DNA from: Azolla caroliniana
Taxonomy: Eukaryota; Plantae; Polypodiophyta
Reading direction: 5' to 3'
Assembly: GCA_043228905.1 (NCBI GenBank)
Contig: JBHGNT010000001.1
Location: 22,196,001 to 22,260,000, forward strand
DNA: 64,000 nucleotides
The first letter of the stretch is position 1, and each line of letters begins with the position of its first letter. This document shows positions 61,930 through 64,000 of the stretch, one piece after another. A program made the translations under genes and the position numbers. The notes beneath the pieces are model-generated. The model was not told where the DNA came from. It did not search any database and saw only the letters and a program-made list of their open reading frames with translations.

Positions 61930-62545
61930 TGATCACTGATAACAGGGCACCTACAGTTTGTGCCCAGAAGCAGAAAATTGGAGATCAAAATTGGACAGTT
62001 AGAAAGTATTTCCCATTGTCTATAGGAATGTCACGAGGTAATGGCAATATGGGAAAGGGCATTTACGATTGCTATGCCATGCCTCTCGCTCATTTACCCT
62101 CAAATGGGGACATGTTTGTTGGAATTGTCTTGATGATGATGTGAAGAAATTTGATAGCACATGCAAAGTAATGTACAGAGGTGAGAATGGAACTATTCGA
62201 TGATCACTGATAACATGCCACCTACAGTTAGTGCCCAGAAGCAAAAAATTGGAGATCAGATATGGATGTTGCTTGCACCCATTATCATATGGAGCATATG
62301 GACGACAAGATGTACTAGAGTATTTTCAGCAAACAAACGACCTCCAACATAACCTATTAAGCTAATATGACACATTAATAACTACATTGTGGGCACAATA
62401 TGAGTGAATTGATGGGACAGATGATGCTTCAGAACTACACCGATGGGCGAATTTCAAAAAACGTTGGTATACTACACCAATGGCTGCAGAAATTGGAATG
62501 GATATATTTTAGCAATACGTAGTGCCTGGGTAGTTGTTCCCTCCA
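61930..62545 (+). mobile_element. LINE zf-RVT-like remnant, copy 6 (rearranged)
   Basis: Matches 35826-36380 and is preceded by a displaced ~60-bp piece of the same sequence. Confidence 0.75.
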
Positions 62546-62639
62546 AGATAAGAGACAAATTAACTTACCACTAAAGCCACTACTGAGTGCTGTAAAATTT
62601 GTATATTTTCTTTTCATATTCAGTATTTTGTAGGAAATA

Positions 62640-64000
62640 AACATATAGAAACCGTGGGCACAAAACCATGGTTTTAGCCCATGGTTTTAGCCTGTGGTTT
62701 TAGCCCGTGGGTTTAGCCCATGGTTTTTGCATGGAGAGACCTATAAAAGCCTATAGTTGGGCTTGTGTAAGGGAGGCAAGTGATGTAAGTAAAAAAGAAA
62801 CTTTTAATCAAAGATCTGAGTTATCCTAATGGTGATGTATCTTGTCTCGTAAAACTAAAGTCAAGGGTTCTATCTCAATCTCTCTCTCTCTCTCTCTCTT
62901 CATGCATCTATCTATCTTCAATATTTTCTTGCTTACGATGCTAAAAACATTGAATCCTTCCGGTCTAGGGCCTCGGTGGTTCCGCTTCATTTTGCGAACA
63001 CGCGAGGATTTCCTCGACATCTTACTTGGTGAACCCGACGTGAAAGAGGCGGTAGGAAGGAGCAAGTCGAGGATCGACCGATACTTGGAGATGGCGTCCT
63101 CAAGCTATCAAGCGGGAGAGTTCGAAAGGATGATGCTAATCGTCGAACAAATGATGAGATCTCGAGACAACGATGCGAGCATGGAGAAGGCTGTCGACCG
63201 TGTCGTGGAGCTCGAGGGTCAATTTGATGGAAGGAACATTACGAAGTTCCTTGATGCATATAGAAGGGAGATGAATAAGAGGGACGTGTCTGAAGCGGGT
63301 CAAATCACAAGTTTCAAGAGAGTGGTTACCAATAACATCCAAAGACGCGTCATCGAGCTTCAAGAAGGCAAGACAACATGGTCCGAATTCGAGAAAGCGA
63401 TATTAGCGGAGATTGTGATGGAAGATTTGTCGAGGATGACTCGACATGTCTTGATGAAGTGGATAGAAAAGAAAAATAAGAAGATGAGTGCCTCGAGGGT
63501 ATATGATGAGTTCAACCAGATGTTTAGTCGTCCCCCTATCACGGACCAAGTGTTGCTTGAGGAGGACAAGACTTTTTACTTCCTGAAAGCTATGGATATG
63601 AAGGATAGATGAGAATTGGGGACTGTCCTTGAAGATGATACCCAAGTGAATGGGCTTGTGACAAACTGGGTTGCGGTGAAGAGAGTGTGCAACAAGATCG
63701 ATAGGCGTAATCAATGGCTTGATGATATTGATTTTGTAAGGTCATACGTAGAAAAAACAAGACCATCTAAAGAAGTTGACCTGCCTAAACAAAGCAACCT
63801 ACATGAAAAGAAGATTGATGATGACTCGAGGATGGAGAATGCCACTTCGAGGGAGGATGTATGTTTCGGAACATGCATCGTGTTCAAAACATCGGATGAT
63901 GAAGGAGCAAGCCTAATCACAACTTGCATCAATGGAGATAAAGAGTGTGAGGCTAGCGTAATTGAGGATCTAGCCACTAAAGATGACATCAAGGAGGTGA
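62640..64000 (+). mobile_element. Third tRNA-Trp-PBS gypsy element: LTR end, PBS and gag (runs off the window)
   Basis: LTR ends ..CGACA at 63019, PBS 63027-63044, gag ATG at 63091 (VDRVVELEGQFDGRNITKFLDAYRREM), TGA at 63610-63612. LTR start not resolved. Confidence 0.82.

Larger units (their letters stand above)
52551..61930 (+). mobile_element. Ty1/copia element (paralog of 38374), split by a gypsy insertion and truncated in integrase
   Basis: LTR 52551-53016, PBS at 53017, gag 53186-53340 resuming at 60299, protease WFVDSSASHHMT, LWHKRITH, YVTFIDD. Confidence 0.9.

Noticed and set aside
62842-63090. Hydrophobic N-terminal extension of the 256-aa ORF
   Set aside because: It is read through LTR and PBS sequence from a TTG. 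The likely gag start is 63091.

Overview
This is plant nuclear DNA; the retroelement lineages present suggest a non-seed plant (inference). It contains one intact protein-coding gene: a 6-exon, minus-strand gene (27331->22007, 358 aa) for a signal-peptide-bearing nucleoside-phosphorylase-fold (PNP_UDP_1 / MTA-SAH-nucleosidase-like) bark-storage-protein-like protein. The rest is nested LTR retrotransposons (Ty1/copia, chromodomain Ty3/gypsy, non-chromovirus Ty3/gypsy) and LINE remnants. The gene's upstream region (about 27-62 kb) has been tandemly duplicated at several scales, leaving two non-functional copies of exon 1 plus promoter. Most notable points: (i) three gypsy elements with unrelated LTRs share an 18-nt tRNA-Trp primer binding site and a homologous Gag N-terminus, and the two complete ones have 4-bp TSDs; (ii) one of these lacks pol and carries a Gag N-terminus fused to a novel repeat-rich ORF; (iii) the pol-carrying relative has a -1 frameshift signal between protease and RT; (iv) a young gypsy element has apparently identical LTRs but three nonsense codons in pol; (v) duplication and deletion breakpoints show microhomology. 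All coordinates and difference counts were read by eye.
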